64,000 bases of DNA from Eledone cirrhosa (Eukaryota): contig OZ024742.1 of the NCBI GenBank assembly GCA_964016885.1, positions 54,250,001-54,314,000 on the forward strand. Direction: 5' to 3'. Of this stretch, positions 1 to 14,404 are shown piece after piece. Below the pieces are notes generated by a model. It ran no database searches and was not told where the DNA came from. It was given only the letters and a program-made list of their open reading frames with translations. How positions within the stretch are numbered: the first letter of the stretch is position 1; every line of letters starts with the position of its first letter. The translations under genes were made by a program, and so were the position numbers.

Positions 1-180
1 AGACACACTGCTGTGTATATATATATATATATATATATGGGTACACTCTTGCAGACGGATATAGTTGTATGAAGGCCCGGGTCTATGAGCACGTATATAT
101 CTGAATGTGTGCATATGCAGGGATACAGACATGTGTATGTGTATACACGTGGCTGTGTGTGTGTAGCTACGAATACTCTA

Positions 181-181
<1 letters not shown>

Positions 182-273
<92 letters not shown>
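182..273. repeat. (GT)n microsatellite, representative of dozens of (TA)n/(GT)n/(GA)n tracts across the window
   Basis: Direct dinucleotide run. Similar runs explain the YI/CV/TH/ER-repeat ORFs. Confidence 0.99.
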
Positions 274-275
<2 letters not shown>

Positions 276-853
276 CGGTGTATAAGTTAGTCCATATAGT
301 TAGTGTAGCAGCTATTTCATTTATTCATTCATCTATTCATTTATATTCATTTCACACACTAGGCACAACCCTTAATTCTTTATTTTTTCTAGTACAAAAA
401 AACCCTTTAAGGATATAAATAGTTTACACCTTAATCTAGGTTTAATTTACTTTTTTTCTTCTTTTTTTCTTTTGATTCTTTTCTTTTATTCCTCTTTGAA
501 AAATCTCTGACCAATAGAACCCCCCCCCCCCCTTAGTACAGCACCGAACTCTTTCATTTCCCATCACGTATAGCCCATAACCACCTCCACACCCACACCC
601 AGTACCATCGCCTCGCCACATATATGCCATAGTTTATAGGAAACAGCCAAAACACGACACACGCGCAACTCACACCAACCATCGCTCCCCACCACCTCTT
701 CATCATAGTCCTTCCTCCTACCTGTCACACAACCCAAAACATTTCTTACAGCATAAAAAAAACAATCAAAACAAATTAAAACTTACCACCATAACTGAAT
801 GTGAATCGTGATAGACCTTTATAGGCCCTACAGGTTCAATCTGTCATTATCAC

Positions 854-947
854 AGTAGAAGTCCGACGAGCCTTTGAATCCAGAGTTGGGCTAGATCGAT
901 ACAGATCGAACCTTGAGCTGATCAATAGCGAAATGCGCGTCACTACT
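854..947 (+). ncRNA. Type I hammerhead-like motif (CCGACGA core variant, long stem II)
   Basis: agtagaagt-CCGACGA-~60 nt-GAAA-tgcgcg-TC-actact, followed by (TA)n at ~988. A related 3' half (gcagatcagtggcGAAAcgtgcgTC) lies on the minus strand near 53735-53760. Confidence 0.6.
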
Positions 948-984
948 CAATAAACGTAATGAAGACATAATAAATCGTCATTTT

Positions 985-1023
<39 letters not shown>

Positions 1024-1322
1024 CATACGTTCACGTGTATTTGTATGTGTATGTGAGTGTGTGTGTTCACTAATTCCAAAGTTTAAAAGAATCTGTTTAT
1101 TTGTTTTAATACCTTCCTTATTACGGTATATCGATAGTTTAATGGAAGTTGTTAAATCTACTTCACTGAAGGCTAAATACGATTGTCGAATGCTGTCTTG
1201 AAAGACATCTCGGAGGCAAGCCAATTATCTGTGCACATCTGCTTTTCATTATAGAGGCTAACGTTTCTCGTATTAAAGTGTAGATGCATTCAGTCTTTAT
1301 TTATCTTTTACAACAGACCTGA

Positions 1323-1430
<108 letters not shown>

Positions 1431-1433
1431 AAG

Positions 1434-1540
1434 TATGACCCCGACGGCGGAGCTCAAGCCGTTTCGACGGCTATTTCTGGATACATTAGTCCAGAAATAG
1501 CCCTCGAAACGGCTTGAGCTCTGTCGTCGGTGTCATACAT
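1434..1540. repeat. Fold-back hairpin containing the 3' half of a hammerhead (GAAA-cggc..gccg-TC); PLE terminal fragment continuing to ~1626
   Basis: gaccccgacggcggagctcaagccgtttcga...tcgaaacggcttgagctctgtcgtcggtgtc. Related fragments at 8636-8690, 17490-17585 and 53241-53335. Confidence 0.75.
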
Positions 1541-1624
1541 TCTCCTATTACCCACTCTACTACCCTACGTATTGAGTACTCTGGTACGTTATGGTCCATC
1601 TGGTTCTTTACCACAACTCCTTCG

Positions 1625-1712
<88 letters not shown>

Positions 1713-1838
1713 AGGTGTTTTATTGGTTGTGTCATACGGTCCAATAAACTTGTATTAGCAGTATTAAGTTCTCCACGCTTTTGTATATCTCCAATTCCAT
1801 TTATGGGAACAGCTAGATGATGTAAAACGGAGTATTTG

Positions 1839-2201
1839 TATCAAAATAAAGATCCGAAGGCATGGTATAAATTTCCAATCATTTTAATCACGACACATGT
1901 TTCAATAAGTGATAGATCGATCGTGCGGCCATGATCGATTATCACTGATCCCGTCAGGTGAAAATGAATTGTCTTAAAATCCTTGATATGAGGGAGAAAA
2001 TTTAACGATGGAGGACAAAACTCTAGTGAGTGAACATCGTTAAATTTTCTCCCTCATACCAAGGATTTGAAGACAATTCATTTTCACCTGACGAGATCAG
2101 TGATAATCGATCACGGCCGCACGATCGATCTATCTCTTATTGAAACATGTGTCGTGATTAAAATGATTGGACATTTATACTATGCCTTCGGATCTTTATT
2201 T

Positions 2202-2205
<4 letters not shown>
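1839..2205. mobile_element. Palindromic (fold-back) non-coding PLE-type terminal element with a hammerhead in each arm
   Basis: Arms of ~170 bp (1839-2010 / 2035-2205) with a 24-nt spacer; abuts (TA)n(GA)n. Confidence 0.85.
2079..2165 (+). ncRNA. Type I hammerhead ribozyme motif (mirror copy 1880-1966 minus, core CTGACGG)
   Basis: cattttcac-CTGACGA-stem II (atcgatc..gatcgat)-GAAA-catgtg-TC-gtgattaaaatg. Confidence 0.8.
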
Positions 2206-2300
<95 letters not shown>

Positions 2301-3199
2301 AACAAATAGATGTGCGTTCAATCATAGGGGATAACATGTGAGGATCCCAAACCGCTCACGGCATATCAACCAGGTGTAAAACAGATCCTCACTTTTTATG
2401 GCGAAACATTCTCTTATTAGAGTTTGTCCGGGTGTTTATAGTTAAAAGGTTGTTTTGTACATTTTGATTTATTCTTTTAATTGATATATATTTTCCAATC
2501 CTTTCGTAGACTTGTGAGAGAGAAAAGCAGGGAGATACTTGCTGGCATTCTAAGAACATTCCCTCAGTGAATAGAATTTTTTCTTTATAGATGCACCCCT
2601 TTAACTATCTTTCCCTTACATATGGTATCAATCATGCATTATTGCCATTGTCACCCTCAATCTACACCCGTACTACCTCATCACCCATTAAGCATGTATC
2701 TTCCTGCTTTTATCTCTCAAAATATCTTTCAATTCATTTGTCCGTCTCTTACTTTATTGTATTGTCCATCACCCTGTTACTCTTTCATCTTTACGTCTAT
2801 ATTCATATATTTATATATTTGTTATATATTTGTATCTTCACGCTATTTTTTACTTGTTTATTTTCGTTTTATTTTACTTTCAATTCTTATTTTATCTGAT
2901 TTTTATCTTGTCTCACATCTCAATACTCTTTTCACTTCACTATTCTTCGTGTTTTTTTTCATACCATTATCTTTCTTTTTATCTTATTTTTCATGTTATT
3001 TTTCATGTTATTTTTTCATGTCATTATCTGTACACCCCGTTATAAATGCGTTGTATCACCAGTACCGAACTTGTATTTTGATAATTTGGCTGGTGGTAAC
3101 TGTACTTAAAATCGATTTTCGAAGCAGTACTACAGATAGTGATTTTTAGACACACCAGACCAATGAAACATTTGTCAATACTTAGAATAAACCCTACTG

Positions 3200-3720
3200 T
3201 CAAGGGAAATTATCGAAGGTTGTGGATAATTTCGTATGCTTGAGTAAGACTCGCACCAGGCCTCACACTCTTTATGATAAGGCCAACTGCTGGTTGTCTA
3301 AATTTGGTAGATAGAAGTGCTTGTGGCCACAGTTAAATATTCGTGTGCGCGCAAAATTTGATGTTTTCCGAGTATGTGTGCTTACATGGTCAACATACTG
3401 TGGGTATATTCAGTGACAAGAACGTTTCCACAAACGATGCTTGTTCTCCATCCTGAAGAATTCACGGAGGCCTCATACGCCAAATACAGTGGGTCTCTCT
3501 GCAAATAATCGAGTCAATGATCATGAAATAGAATCATAGGTAATCAGGTCACATAGTACGCCTAGAGGACATCAGATTCCCCAAACAAGTATTGTATGGA
3601 GAAAAAGTCCAACTCACACAATTGCTTTAAAGACTGCATGAAGGAAACTCTGAAGAAGTCAATATCATCACTGACACATTGAAAAACGATGTGAAAAGAT
3701 CTGATTGCTACCTGTGATGT
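3200..3720 (+). mobile_element. Degenerate RTE-like LINE ORF2 3' fragment
   Basis: Manual translation gives KVVDNFVCL and GHIVRLEDIRFPKQVLYGE; frameshifted. Confidence 0.7.
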
Positions 3721-4243
3721 TAATCCGCTCCAAGAATGGGGTTTAAAAGGGTCGCTTAGATGCCATGAATGCAGACGTGTATGCAGGTCAACTACTACTA
3801 CTACTACTACGACCGAGATTACACTCGCAAAGATTCAGCACGCTTTCTCCAATCGTCCCGGTCGAGAGCATGACATTTCTCACTTCATCGATGTTATCAA
3901 TGTTGGCAAAAGCCATGCTAATAAGCCAAAGCAGATGTTATATCCATCGATAACAACTTTGTGTACCACATACACCTTGACTTTGTATGTGGCATCTGCA
4001 CCAAATGTTTCATTCTGAAGGTGGGCTAACGTGGCACTGCAAGACATTCCAGAAAATCAAACTCCAGCATGCGGAAATTTTATCTGCACACTATGTAGTA
4101 TGGCACATAAATCACTTCTTGGTCAGATGAGCCACAAAATACGTATTCAGCAGCACCTTCAACAATAACACGTTTTTGCTAATGTTTTTTTTTTACTATA
4201 AGAAGTGGGTGCATTCAGGCACGATTTAACGTCCATTATATTT

Positions 4244-4622
4244 GGTGGTGGATTGGCAGTATCGGTAGAGGGTCGAACGCCATGCTTTGCAGCAAAGAGT
4301 TACGGCCCTTTATGATCTGAGTTCAAATCCCGCCGAGGTTAACTTTGCCTTTCATCCTTACGGGGTCGATAAAATAAAGTACCAGTAATACACTGGGATA
4401 ATTGCTGGTCTTGTGCCAAAAGTAGAAACAATTATATTTGACAGTATCAGTAGAGCGTCGGACAACATGCTTTGCAACATAGAGTTACTGCCCTTTACGG
4501 TCTGGGTTCAAGTCCAGCAGAGGTTATCTTTGCTTTTCATCCTTTCGGGGACAATAAAGTAAAGTACCAGTAATGCACTGGGGTCGACTTAATCGTCGGC
4601 CTTGTGCCTAAATCAGAAACCA
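4244..4622 (+). mobile_element. Two tandem copies of a tRNA-derived SINE (cephalopod-type)
   Basis: A-box-like tggcagtatcggtag, B-box-like gagttcaaatcc, and body gccgaggttaactttgcctttcatcc..ggggtcgataaaataaagtaccag repeated elsewhere in the window. Confidence 0.85.
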
Positions 4623-5289
4623 TATGTATAGAGACAAACACACATGTACATGCACACACGAGCACACACATACACATACACATACAAATATTATATATAC
4701 GACTAATGTGAATGAAATTATTAAACGAAGATGGTTGCTATATTTAACAGTCCAACGGATATTGCTGTTTCATCAATACGCTCCTGGAACACTGGTTTAC
4801 ATAGACTTCAAGGACTCTGCTCATCCAACGTTATTCTGGTAACACCCACGATATAAAGGGAAAGAAAGTCGATTGTCTGATCAGACTAGGAAAACATTGT
4901 TTTTTACTATTACTGATAATCGATTCCAGTCGCAACTCCTGTCAGTAATATGGAGAATTTGAACTCAGAACGCAGAGAGCTGTATGAAATATGGCATATC
5001 ATCTCGTTCCACTGTTTACCAAATCTGCCAATCCATTCTCACTGGAGTGGAAATTTATCATCGACTGCAAAAGTATAAAGGTCAACATTCAAATAGACAT
5101 ATTTTGAATTCAGAGCATAGCAAGGAAGAAAAACTACCTTTGCATTTAATATAATGCTCTAATGAGTCTGTCAATTCCCCGAGTGTATACTTCAATTCTA
5201 CGAGAGAATTTCTCTTTAGCAGAACTCCTTCAATCATTCAATCACCAGTAAACTTTCTCCGTCAAGACCTTACAGAGAGTGCTTGTTAC

Positions 5290-6480
5290 TTTAGCAAAAT
5301 TGTGTCACTAAAAGACACTTCCTCAAGGTTCCACGGCGTGTGATTGAACACGAAACACCATGATTCAAAAGCAATCTTCTTCGCTACACTAAATGGTTGA
5401 ATTGGAAAATTACTACACGATGATTGACAAACACTGCTTTTAGGCTCGCGGTCGTTACTTCGCTCCATGAATGCATCCGCAGTACACTTTGCTTTACTGG
5501 TGCAACCACTAAGGCATTTCGCGTTAGCAGTGGAGACAAGAAAGGCCCTGTCCTTGCATCAACGCCTTTTGGTATCTTCTTCCACATGCTTCTTCAGTAC
5601 ATCTTTGAAGAATGCAACAAGGAGGGTGTCTACATTTACACTAGCAGTGACCTTTCATTATCACTTACCTTCGTTTCAAGACCAAAGTCAAAGAGATACT
5701 CATCCGTGAGATGCTTCTTGCTGAGGAAGCTGCGTTGACCTCACACATTAAAGAAGCCTGCAGCAACTTGTCAGTTGCCTCTCCCATGCTTGCAAGGAGT
5801 TTGGATTGACCACCGATCTGAAGAAGGCAAATGTCGTGGCTCAGTGCGTACCTATTTCTGCAAACATTGTCATCGATAGACACCGCCTGGAAACTGTTGA
5901 AATCTTCGCATACCTCTCGTCTCATGTCTGTAGCTCGCTCCCCATTGATGCAAAGTTGTACAGCAGGAGTGCAAAAGCAGCAGCATTTATGAAGCTGATT
6001 CAAAGAGTATAATCCCAGCCTTATCGAGGAGATCAAACTGCGAGTCTACCAGACATGTGTCCTACGCACCCTTCTCTCCTCTAGCGAGGTATGGACCACA
6101 TGTGCAAGTAATGAGAGCAAACTTAATATCTATCATTTGTGGTGTCTCAGACACATTCTTCACATCATCGGATGTGAAGAATGTGCCGGAAAAGTTGTCA
6201 GAGAGGTTTTGAAACGCGCAAGAAGCATCTTCGTTATTTCTGCTACGTTAGGTGACTGGCCCTGAGGCGCATTCCCTAAGGCTTATTGTACGGCGAGCTG
6301 ACTAAGGACTCACTAATAGCAGGACTGCCACGCCTGTGTTACAAAGGTGTCTGGAAGAAAGATATGAAAATGTGTAACATAAATATTATATTTTGGAAAC
6401 GATTCGCAGGCGACACTACAACGTGGCAACTCACTATCTGAAAGGGCGTACTGATAGCAGTGCAGACAAGAAACATGGAC
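5290..6480 (+). mobile_element. Degenerate RTE (BovB-like) LINE reverse transcriptase fragment
   Basis: AFRVSSGDKKGPVLASTPFGIFF (QGCVLAP motif), ACKEFGLT, LETVEIFAYLSS, KLRVYQTCVL; multiple frameshifts and stops. Confidence 0.85.
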
Positions 6481-6659
6481 CTTGTTGAAAAAAGGACGAA
6501 AAGGAAGGGGCGAAAACGACATCTTCAACATATATCATCGTCTATTTTCCACAAATGAAGCGGAGTCGGTCATTCGCTTATTGGAAGCGAACGTGCAGGT
6601 GAAAATATCTCAGGACGCTACACTAACATCACGTAGACAGACGGTTATCAGTCAGTCAT

Positions 6660-6679
6660 GTTTATATGAATGTATATGA

Positions 6680-6734
<55 letters not shown>

Positions 6735-6856
6735 TGTGTGTGTGTGTATATATATATGTATATATATATACATATATATATATGTATATATATATATATG
6801 TATATATATATGTATATATATATGTATATATATATATATGTATATATATGTATATA

Positions 6857-6888
<32 letters not shown>

Positions 6889-7130
6889 CATATATACATA
6901 CACACACATATATATATATATACATATATATATATACATTCATATACATTCATATATACATATACATATATAGACAGATAGATATATACGAATATATATA
7001 TATGTGCGCGCATGTGTGTATGTGTGTGTGTGTGCATTTGTGTGTGTATGTGCATATATACGTGTGTCCGCGGGTGTTTTATGCACATATATGTGTATGT
7101 TGCCTATATGTGTGAATGCATGTGTGTGTA
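6660..7130. repeat. Compound (TA)n/(TATG)/(GT)n microsatellite
   Basis: Direct low-complexity run. Confidence 0.95.
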
Positions 7131-8413
7131 CACATCGTTAAACACATACATTTAATACGTCTGTTTCTGATGTAATTGCTAAAGATAATGTATGTTTTCC
7201 AGAAAGTTGTTTGATTTAATTCCTATTTTATTAGTTCGTTATTTTTATGCAGCGTACAGTGCATTGAAGTTGTTTTAAGCAACATTCATTTTGTGCACAT
7301 CTAAATCTGGAATTCAATTACTATGTTAATGATTGTCTAGAACATTAGGTATTTAAAATATATTTGTGTATTTGTTTATTGTGCTTGTGTTATGAAAAAT
7401 TGACCATTATTCTAGTATGATGTTTAAAGATGAAAAACACTAATTTACCAATGAAAGATTCATTTGAGTGTATTTATATTGGAGAATGGCAAGCATCACT
7501 ACATTATTGAAATTAATTGAAATGGAAAAAGTCTGAAAGTTTAAATTACACGAGGTACTCTTGCCATTGACCTGTGTTTTAACGGAACTATTAAAACAAA
7601 TTATTTTTGTAGAACAAAGAGAACGTCACATAAATTGTAGGAGTGTTGTTCTTTGATCAGACACGATCAGGACTTCATTTGAGCTTGCATACTTTGATAT
7701 TTTCTGATAACTCGGTTGTGAAAGTAGTATGTAGGAAATAAGGATCATGATCCCATCTTTACTCATTTAAATTTTATAAGCCAAAACTTTTTCAGGCGTA
7801 AGTTCCAACAACTTGGTAAAATAAGAGATTTGAAAAATGTATTAAAGTATCACAGATATTTATTGGCCAATGGCTATCTGCTATGGGAATTGTACCTTGA
7901 TTCATTTAGTTTTTCGCTTGAATTGTACCTTGATTCATAGTTCTTCGCTTATCGAGACGAGACAGTGAACGGCCTTTCGGCGATAATGTGTTTTTACATA
8001 GTTTCAAATGTGTCATGCATGGAACTGAAGTCATTATTTGATATCACGCCATTGCTTGGTTATATTTTCATCATGCAAAATGGTCAATCCAATATTTTAC
8101 ACGAAACAAAATAAATACATTTTAAACAAGTAAATTCAGCTGCATTATAACGTGTAATATAACTTTCGTGATCCCTTTCATCAGAAAATACGTCAATTGT
8201 AGCACATCTACGTATAGGTTATGGGTAGCATTTATGATGCTAACCATTTACGCAATCTACATGTAATGTTTTGTCATTATATATATATAACAGAGTTTTA
8301 TAGCTTGCCTGAAGCATTGTTGAATAGGAAACACATATTTAAATAATTTCGAAAACCAAAACAATGCGTTAGTAAGAATATTAAATCGCCAAGATAAACG
8401 AATATTACTTTAG

Positions 8414-8524
<111 letters not shown>

Positions 8525-8693
8525 GTATATATATATATAAAACAGATGATGACAGTCTGTGTGTGTGGTTTTTATGCATTTCCACATTTCTCTACCGATT
8601 TTGATGATTTTTTCCAATATATATATATATCGGATCTAGCTGTCGAAACGGCCGCAGCCTAGCCGTCGGGGTCCCGACTCTTTTCCTATTATA

Positions 8694-8845
<152 letters not shown>

Positions 8846-8852
8846 TTACACA

Positions 8853-8990
8853 AAGGCAAATTGCCAGAGTTGTTAGGAAGTCGGACCGAATGTTTTGCGG
8901 TATTCTTTCAATCTCGTTGTGCTCTGAGTTCAAATGCCACCGAGGCCATATTATTCTTTTCAAGGTCGATAGAAGAAGTACCAATCGAGT
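8853..8990 (+). mobile_element. Degenerate SINE copy
   Basis: ctctgagttcaaatgccaccgagg...ggtcgatagaagaagtacca matches the family at 4244. Confidence 0.6.
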
Positions 8991-10285
8991 ACGTTTGTCG
9001 ATGGTTTCTCTATATCTCTTTCTTCCCTTCTCTTCACCATTCTCGCTTGTATTTTCCCTTTCTCTCGAATAATCATGCAGTGTTCCGACCTGTATACGAG
9101 ATAGGTTCGCCTAAAATTAGTAAAAAACATGCCCAAGAAAAGCCGTATATTACTACGGTACACATACGCATCTACCAGGAGTTAAAGGTCAGAAAGAAAG
9201 AGGGAAAGAAAGAAGAGTTCCATAAATACGCCGTTTCATTGAGCACTTGTCGAAGTTGTCATCATCATATGGGATTTTACTGTAACTGTTATCACTGTAG
9301 AATTCTTCTTTAACTATTATCTCTGCTTATAACATGAACTAAATGCTCTTTGTATTTCAACGAAAAAGATAGAGTCATGATGGATGCAATCAGTATTTGA
9401 TTGATTATTGAAATGCCTATTAAATGTACATGCAGAAATAAACACATCCTCCGATTCGCAATCACGTACTTTACTCGCGTATAACTTCGATCAGCTGCTA
9501 TTCCTCAGCAATGTAGAACATTTTAGATAACTCAACACTGAATTGACAGCTACGACCAACTGCGCAGGTCATATATATTAATAATACTAATAATATAATA
9601 AACTGAAACGTTGATTATTGTTCAATGTTCCCACCTTTGTATTCATCGCTTTGTCATTCTTTTATTTAATTTTATATAGAATCGATGCCTTTATGTGTTG
9701 AGCAATTGAATCATTGGAATTTTGTATGGTGAAAGTGTATTAAACACTCCTATTGACGTAAATCATATCTGTATGTTGAATACTTCTGTAAAACTCGGCA
9801 ACCGGTTAGACATTAATTATGGATCACTAACAACAATGATGGGTTTATTATGAAGCTGAAGCATTTCGATGTTAACGAATGAATAAATTTGTGACAAAGA
9901 TTTATTTTACTATTCTTCCATTGACGTTCCTTTGCCCACAGAAATAGATCCTAGGATCAGAGTATGAAATAGTAAATTTTAAAATTTCAAGAGGTTCTAA
10001 TATATGTGAATAGAGAGCATCAATAGAAAGACAAATGAGAAGAGCTTGTAACATAATACATAAATGGTATTGTTTTGCTCTAATTTGATATATGTTTCCA
10101 TTGTAAATACAATTCAAGCCAAACGTTGTAACACATGTCTTTCACGTGCTAACAAATTTTCTTTCTGTTTCCTCTAATTACTTTCTCTTAACATTTCTTA
10201 TAATCTGCTGCTAAAATTTCTTCAATGCGATCCATTAAATTTCTTTTTCAATGTAACCGACCCATTATTTTTTATATATTTTTAG

Positions 10286-10508
10286 TTCTCTAGATACACT
10301 TGAAGTTGCAACAGGTGGCAATCTGAATAACGGGGTAGTATCTGAGCACAATGCTAATAACAACTGCCCCTATTATCATTTGAGTTGGCTGTTGCTCTTA
10401 CTACTGATTCTGCTTTTTACAAACACTCTTTTATGTTACTCTCTTCTTAAAAGACTTTTAACTGCAGAATACAGTTTTTTAACCTCAGCCTCGCACCGGC
10501 AGACATGA
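10286..10508 (+). CDS. Candidate terminal coding exon of a host membrane/GPI-anchored protein
   Basis: T-rich tract plus ttttag acceptor (alternative ctctag at 10293, same reading frame), then 73 stop-free codons SLDTLEVATGGNLNNGVVSEHNANNNCPYYHLSWLLLLLLILLFTNTLLCYSLLKRLLTAEYSFLTSASHRQT-TGA in non-repetitive DNA. Confidence 0.45.
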
Positions 10509-10639
10509 ATAATATATTCCATGCCCCACTGGCATACAATTATGCAAATACTTCCAATGTCGTTGTATCATGGTCGCTCCACTCAGAGTAGTTCTTCCCC
10601 ATCCCGGCGTTAGGCTGAACTCCTACCTATACTGTCATG

Positions 10640-11200
10640 ACTATTGTTGCTGTCCTTGATGGTGATTAATAACTCTTAAAAATGTATAATCTTTTCTGTT
10701 ATTCTTACTACTTATGATGTTGTTATTGTGGTTTATGATGTTGCTGTTGTTGTTGCTGCCGTTGTTACTCTTTATGCTGTTGCTGTTGCTGTCTATCATG
10801 ATCTTAGTATTTTTTATGATGTTGTTGTTGTAGTTGCTGTTTATACTATTCTTGTTGCTGCTGTTTATAATGTTGTGTGGCAGGTTTTTGGTGTTGCTCT
10901 TGTTGTGCTCTATGAAGTTGATGTTACTTTTGGTGATTATGATGCTGTTGTTACTGTTTAAGATGTTACTATTTATGATTATGATTTTGTTGATTATGAT
11001 GTAGCTATCGTTGTTTATGTCGCTTTTTTTAGTTATATCGTTCGACATTTCACCAACATTCTGAAGGTTGTGATGTTCTGTTGATCTCGTTATCTTTCCA
11101 CTTGCCATTGCATCTTTTCTTTCCTTTTTGTTGATGTTGTAATTGCTGTTTATGTGTTATTTGCTGCAGTTTGTGAATGTGAACTGTTCATGTTATTTTT
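10640..11200. repeat. Degenerate (TGT/TGC/TGA)n trinucleotide low-complexity tract
   Basis: Explains the Asn-rich and Val-rich ORFs. Confidence 0.85.
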
Positions 11201-12666
11201 AGCAATTCCGTTATCTGATTTACTACAGTATCCAAAAGTGTTATATGCGTTGTCAGATTTGACAGCCTTACATTCGCAATATACCTCTAAATATTCTTCC
11301 GACAAATAAACTATTTCATTTTAACGAGTAATATTCACAACGTTGACAACTATGGCTGTCACAAACCTCTCGTCCAACCTTTATAAAACATATGGTATTT
11401 TAGAACTATTGTATGTGGTTTTGACACCACCCGCTATTATGTCATCTTATCACATGTCGTTTTTAACGGCTAGAAAGAAAAAAACAGAGGAATAGAAAAC
11501 CACTATAAGATGTTTATAAATAAATACAGTGGTAAAACGTAAAGCAGGTTAATATATCTGGAAAAATAGGGATGTACAATGAAATATCAGGAATACAATA
11601 GAGAAAATATATATAATAGTTGTAACGATAGAAATCATAATATAATAAAGGGATGGATGCGGGACTGCGTCCTGAATATTTTTTTTTATTCCGTTTGTAA
11701 AATAAGTTGGATTACTTTGAATAAACAGTGAATGATATTACATAATTTATGTACTAAATTTCGTAACTCTTGATTAAATATAAATAATTTTGTTGCTTAT
11801 TTCAAGATTCACTTCTTTAAAATCTTCAAATGTCAACACTTCCGGTTAGCTTATATAAAAGTTCATATATTTGCATCGTTATATAAGGTTTATATTTCCG
11901 TCCCTAATTTCCTCCTAATGTAGGTTATTTATAGTATCATTTTTTAAAATGTATCATGGATTACTTTACTGATTGCAGAAGAGAGTGTAACACAGCCTCT
12001 CTTCAATTTCTGTGCATATTCTCAATCACGATTTTATTTGACGTGTCATATCTAAATGCATATATATTTGTATATAATATCAATATGCACACTACACATG
12101 CTAGCAGAAAACCACCCGATGGGTGGTTTTTCTGCTAGTATATATAATAGTTATTAGCAGGAAAATTAAGAGGTTGCATACATTTCTCTTTTATTGTATT
12201 GGAATATCCCAATTAAATGATATTTCTAATGCCATGAATCATCTAGTAACTGTTCTCCATTCCAGCTTAAAAATCTTCGTAAATAATTCTTCACGGTGAG
12301 TAGGAATTCTGAATTTACTAACACGGTTTTGAATTCAGTCACCATCTCACCAAACATATATAACTAGATCAGAGATTCTCAAATGGGCTTCATTTAAGAA
12401 TTTTGGGATCCACTCAAAAACAAGTAAATTGAGCATCCGCGGAAAAAAGTGCGCGTAAACAAATTTTAGAGGAAGAAAACAAAGTTAAGAAAACGTAAAA
12501 AAAACAAAAACAAAAAAAAAAAACAATTACCAAACGGATTGGTTAAAAAATTCGAAAGGGAATCAGAAATGAAAAGAAACGATACTCGACAAAAGCAACA
12601 GCAACTACAATCAGAACAACTGGTGAAGGAGTATAATTAAATTTATATAATACATATACATACAAA

Positions 12667-12732
<66 letters not shown>

Positions 12733-12794
12733 GTTATTCCGGGTTGAATCGGAGGTAACCACAGTAAGTAAGGTACTCAATACATTGCAGAGTA

Positions 12795-13365
12795 TAAAAC
12801 GTCAAATGGGGCCTGAGATTTCTTGTTGATCCAGTAAGATCCATCGTGGTATAGAAAGGTCTTACGAGCGTGGAGGATAACAACTTGCTCAGCATCGGTA
12901 ATGGTGGTAAAATTCCTGGCAAAGTTAATTACGTCCTTCAGGAGGGGCTCCGAGATAGAGGCATAGTAGTTTTCTATGTCGAGTTGCAGGAAGCGAGTGT
13001 GGTGTTTGTCGGGTAATTTTTGGAACCATGATATTGCCTCAGATGTTCTGCTCCAGAGTGGAAGTGGTGAGGCAGCCCGCAATGATGGTAGAACTCTATC
13101 CAGGATCTCCTTACTGATAGAGCCGATGTCAGAACGAGTGGGGTTGATAAGTCTGACTGATGGTTTGTTGAGGAAGTTTCCCTTATGGTCCTTCAGGGTA
13201 AAGTGCGGGGTCTTTACCCTTAAAGGTTCGGTTCGGTCGTGTAATTTAAGAGACTTAGCGATTTCTTTTCCGGCCGCGTTTGTCTCAGTCAGTGCCATCT
13301 CTATTACCTTTTTGTAGGTGGTCGTGATGGTATTTTTTGCCAGCTTATTGTAGGTCTGTGGGTCT
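12795..13365 (-). mobile_element. Penelope-like RT fragment (KDHK..RLINP type, probably Naiad-related)
   Basis: PHFTLKDHKGNFLNKPSVRLINPTRSDIG...FLQLDIENYYASISE...HARKTFLYHDGSYWINKK..FDV; flanked by TA-rich microsatellites. Confidence 0.85.
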
Positions 13366-13423
13366 ACCTCATAATGTGTGTATATGTATGTGTATATATA
13401 TATTTACATATATATATATATAT

Positions 13424-13570
<147 letters not shown>

Positions 13571-14404
13571 GTGTATGTGTGTGTATATATATATGTGTGT
13601 GTATGTGTGACCCCACTCTCAAGAGCGTGAAATTAATAAACATTTGTTTGTTCTGCCCCTCTGTTTTGTTCCCATTCAATTTTTCCTTATATATGTGTAT
13701 ATGTGTATATGTGTGTGTGTGTATATATATATATATATGTGTGTATGTATATGTATGTATATATATATATACTTATATATATATATATATACATATATAT
13801 GTGTGTATGTATGTGTGTGTATGTATATGTATATATGTATATATATATATATAAAAATATATTTATATGTGTGTGTGTGTATATGTGTGTATATGTGTAT
13901 GTGTATGTGTGTTTATGGGTGCGCGTGAGTGTGTGAGTGAGTGTGTTTTGTGAATGTGTCTGTTGATTTTTGGCATATAGTTGAATAGTTTAAGAGAAAT
14001 TTGAAGATAATTGTAAGATATGCACTCAATATTTTGAATTTGTCTACAGAATTCTCTAAACCTTTGTCACTTAGTAGAACCTTAATGAATTTAGCTTTTA
14101 AAGAATCTCCCTCTCCTTTAAATCTATCTACCATGACTGACTCCCCACTGATCTTATAGACACCTGTTAGCTTAAGAGAAACTTAATAATAAGGAGTGGC
14201 ATGCCATCCTGAACCTGTTTATAGAATTCTGTCTGCCTTTGTTACTCTAAAAACAAAAATAAATAAAAATAAACTATAGCTTTGTAGAATTAGCTTTTAA
14301 TGAATTCCCTTTTCTATCAACCAATGACCTACACCCATCCCACTCCCCACCCTCTCCTACCACTTGTAGAGACCTATAAATACCATACTTATTTTTTGAT
14401 ACCC

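Noticed and set aside
2333-2435. Stem gtgaggatc/gatcctcac followed by GAAAca..tgTC
   Set aside because: Looks like a hammerhead 3' half, but no CUGANGA 5' core is visible; probably a truncated pLTR.
2591-3149. Hydrophobic 102-175 aa ORFs
   Set aside because: T-rich low-complexity sequence open in all three frames; no domain signal.
4244-4335. tRNA gene
   Set aside because: The A/B boxes belong to a SINE head; there is no cloverleaf and it continues into the SINE body.
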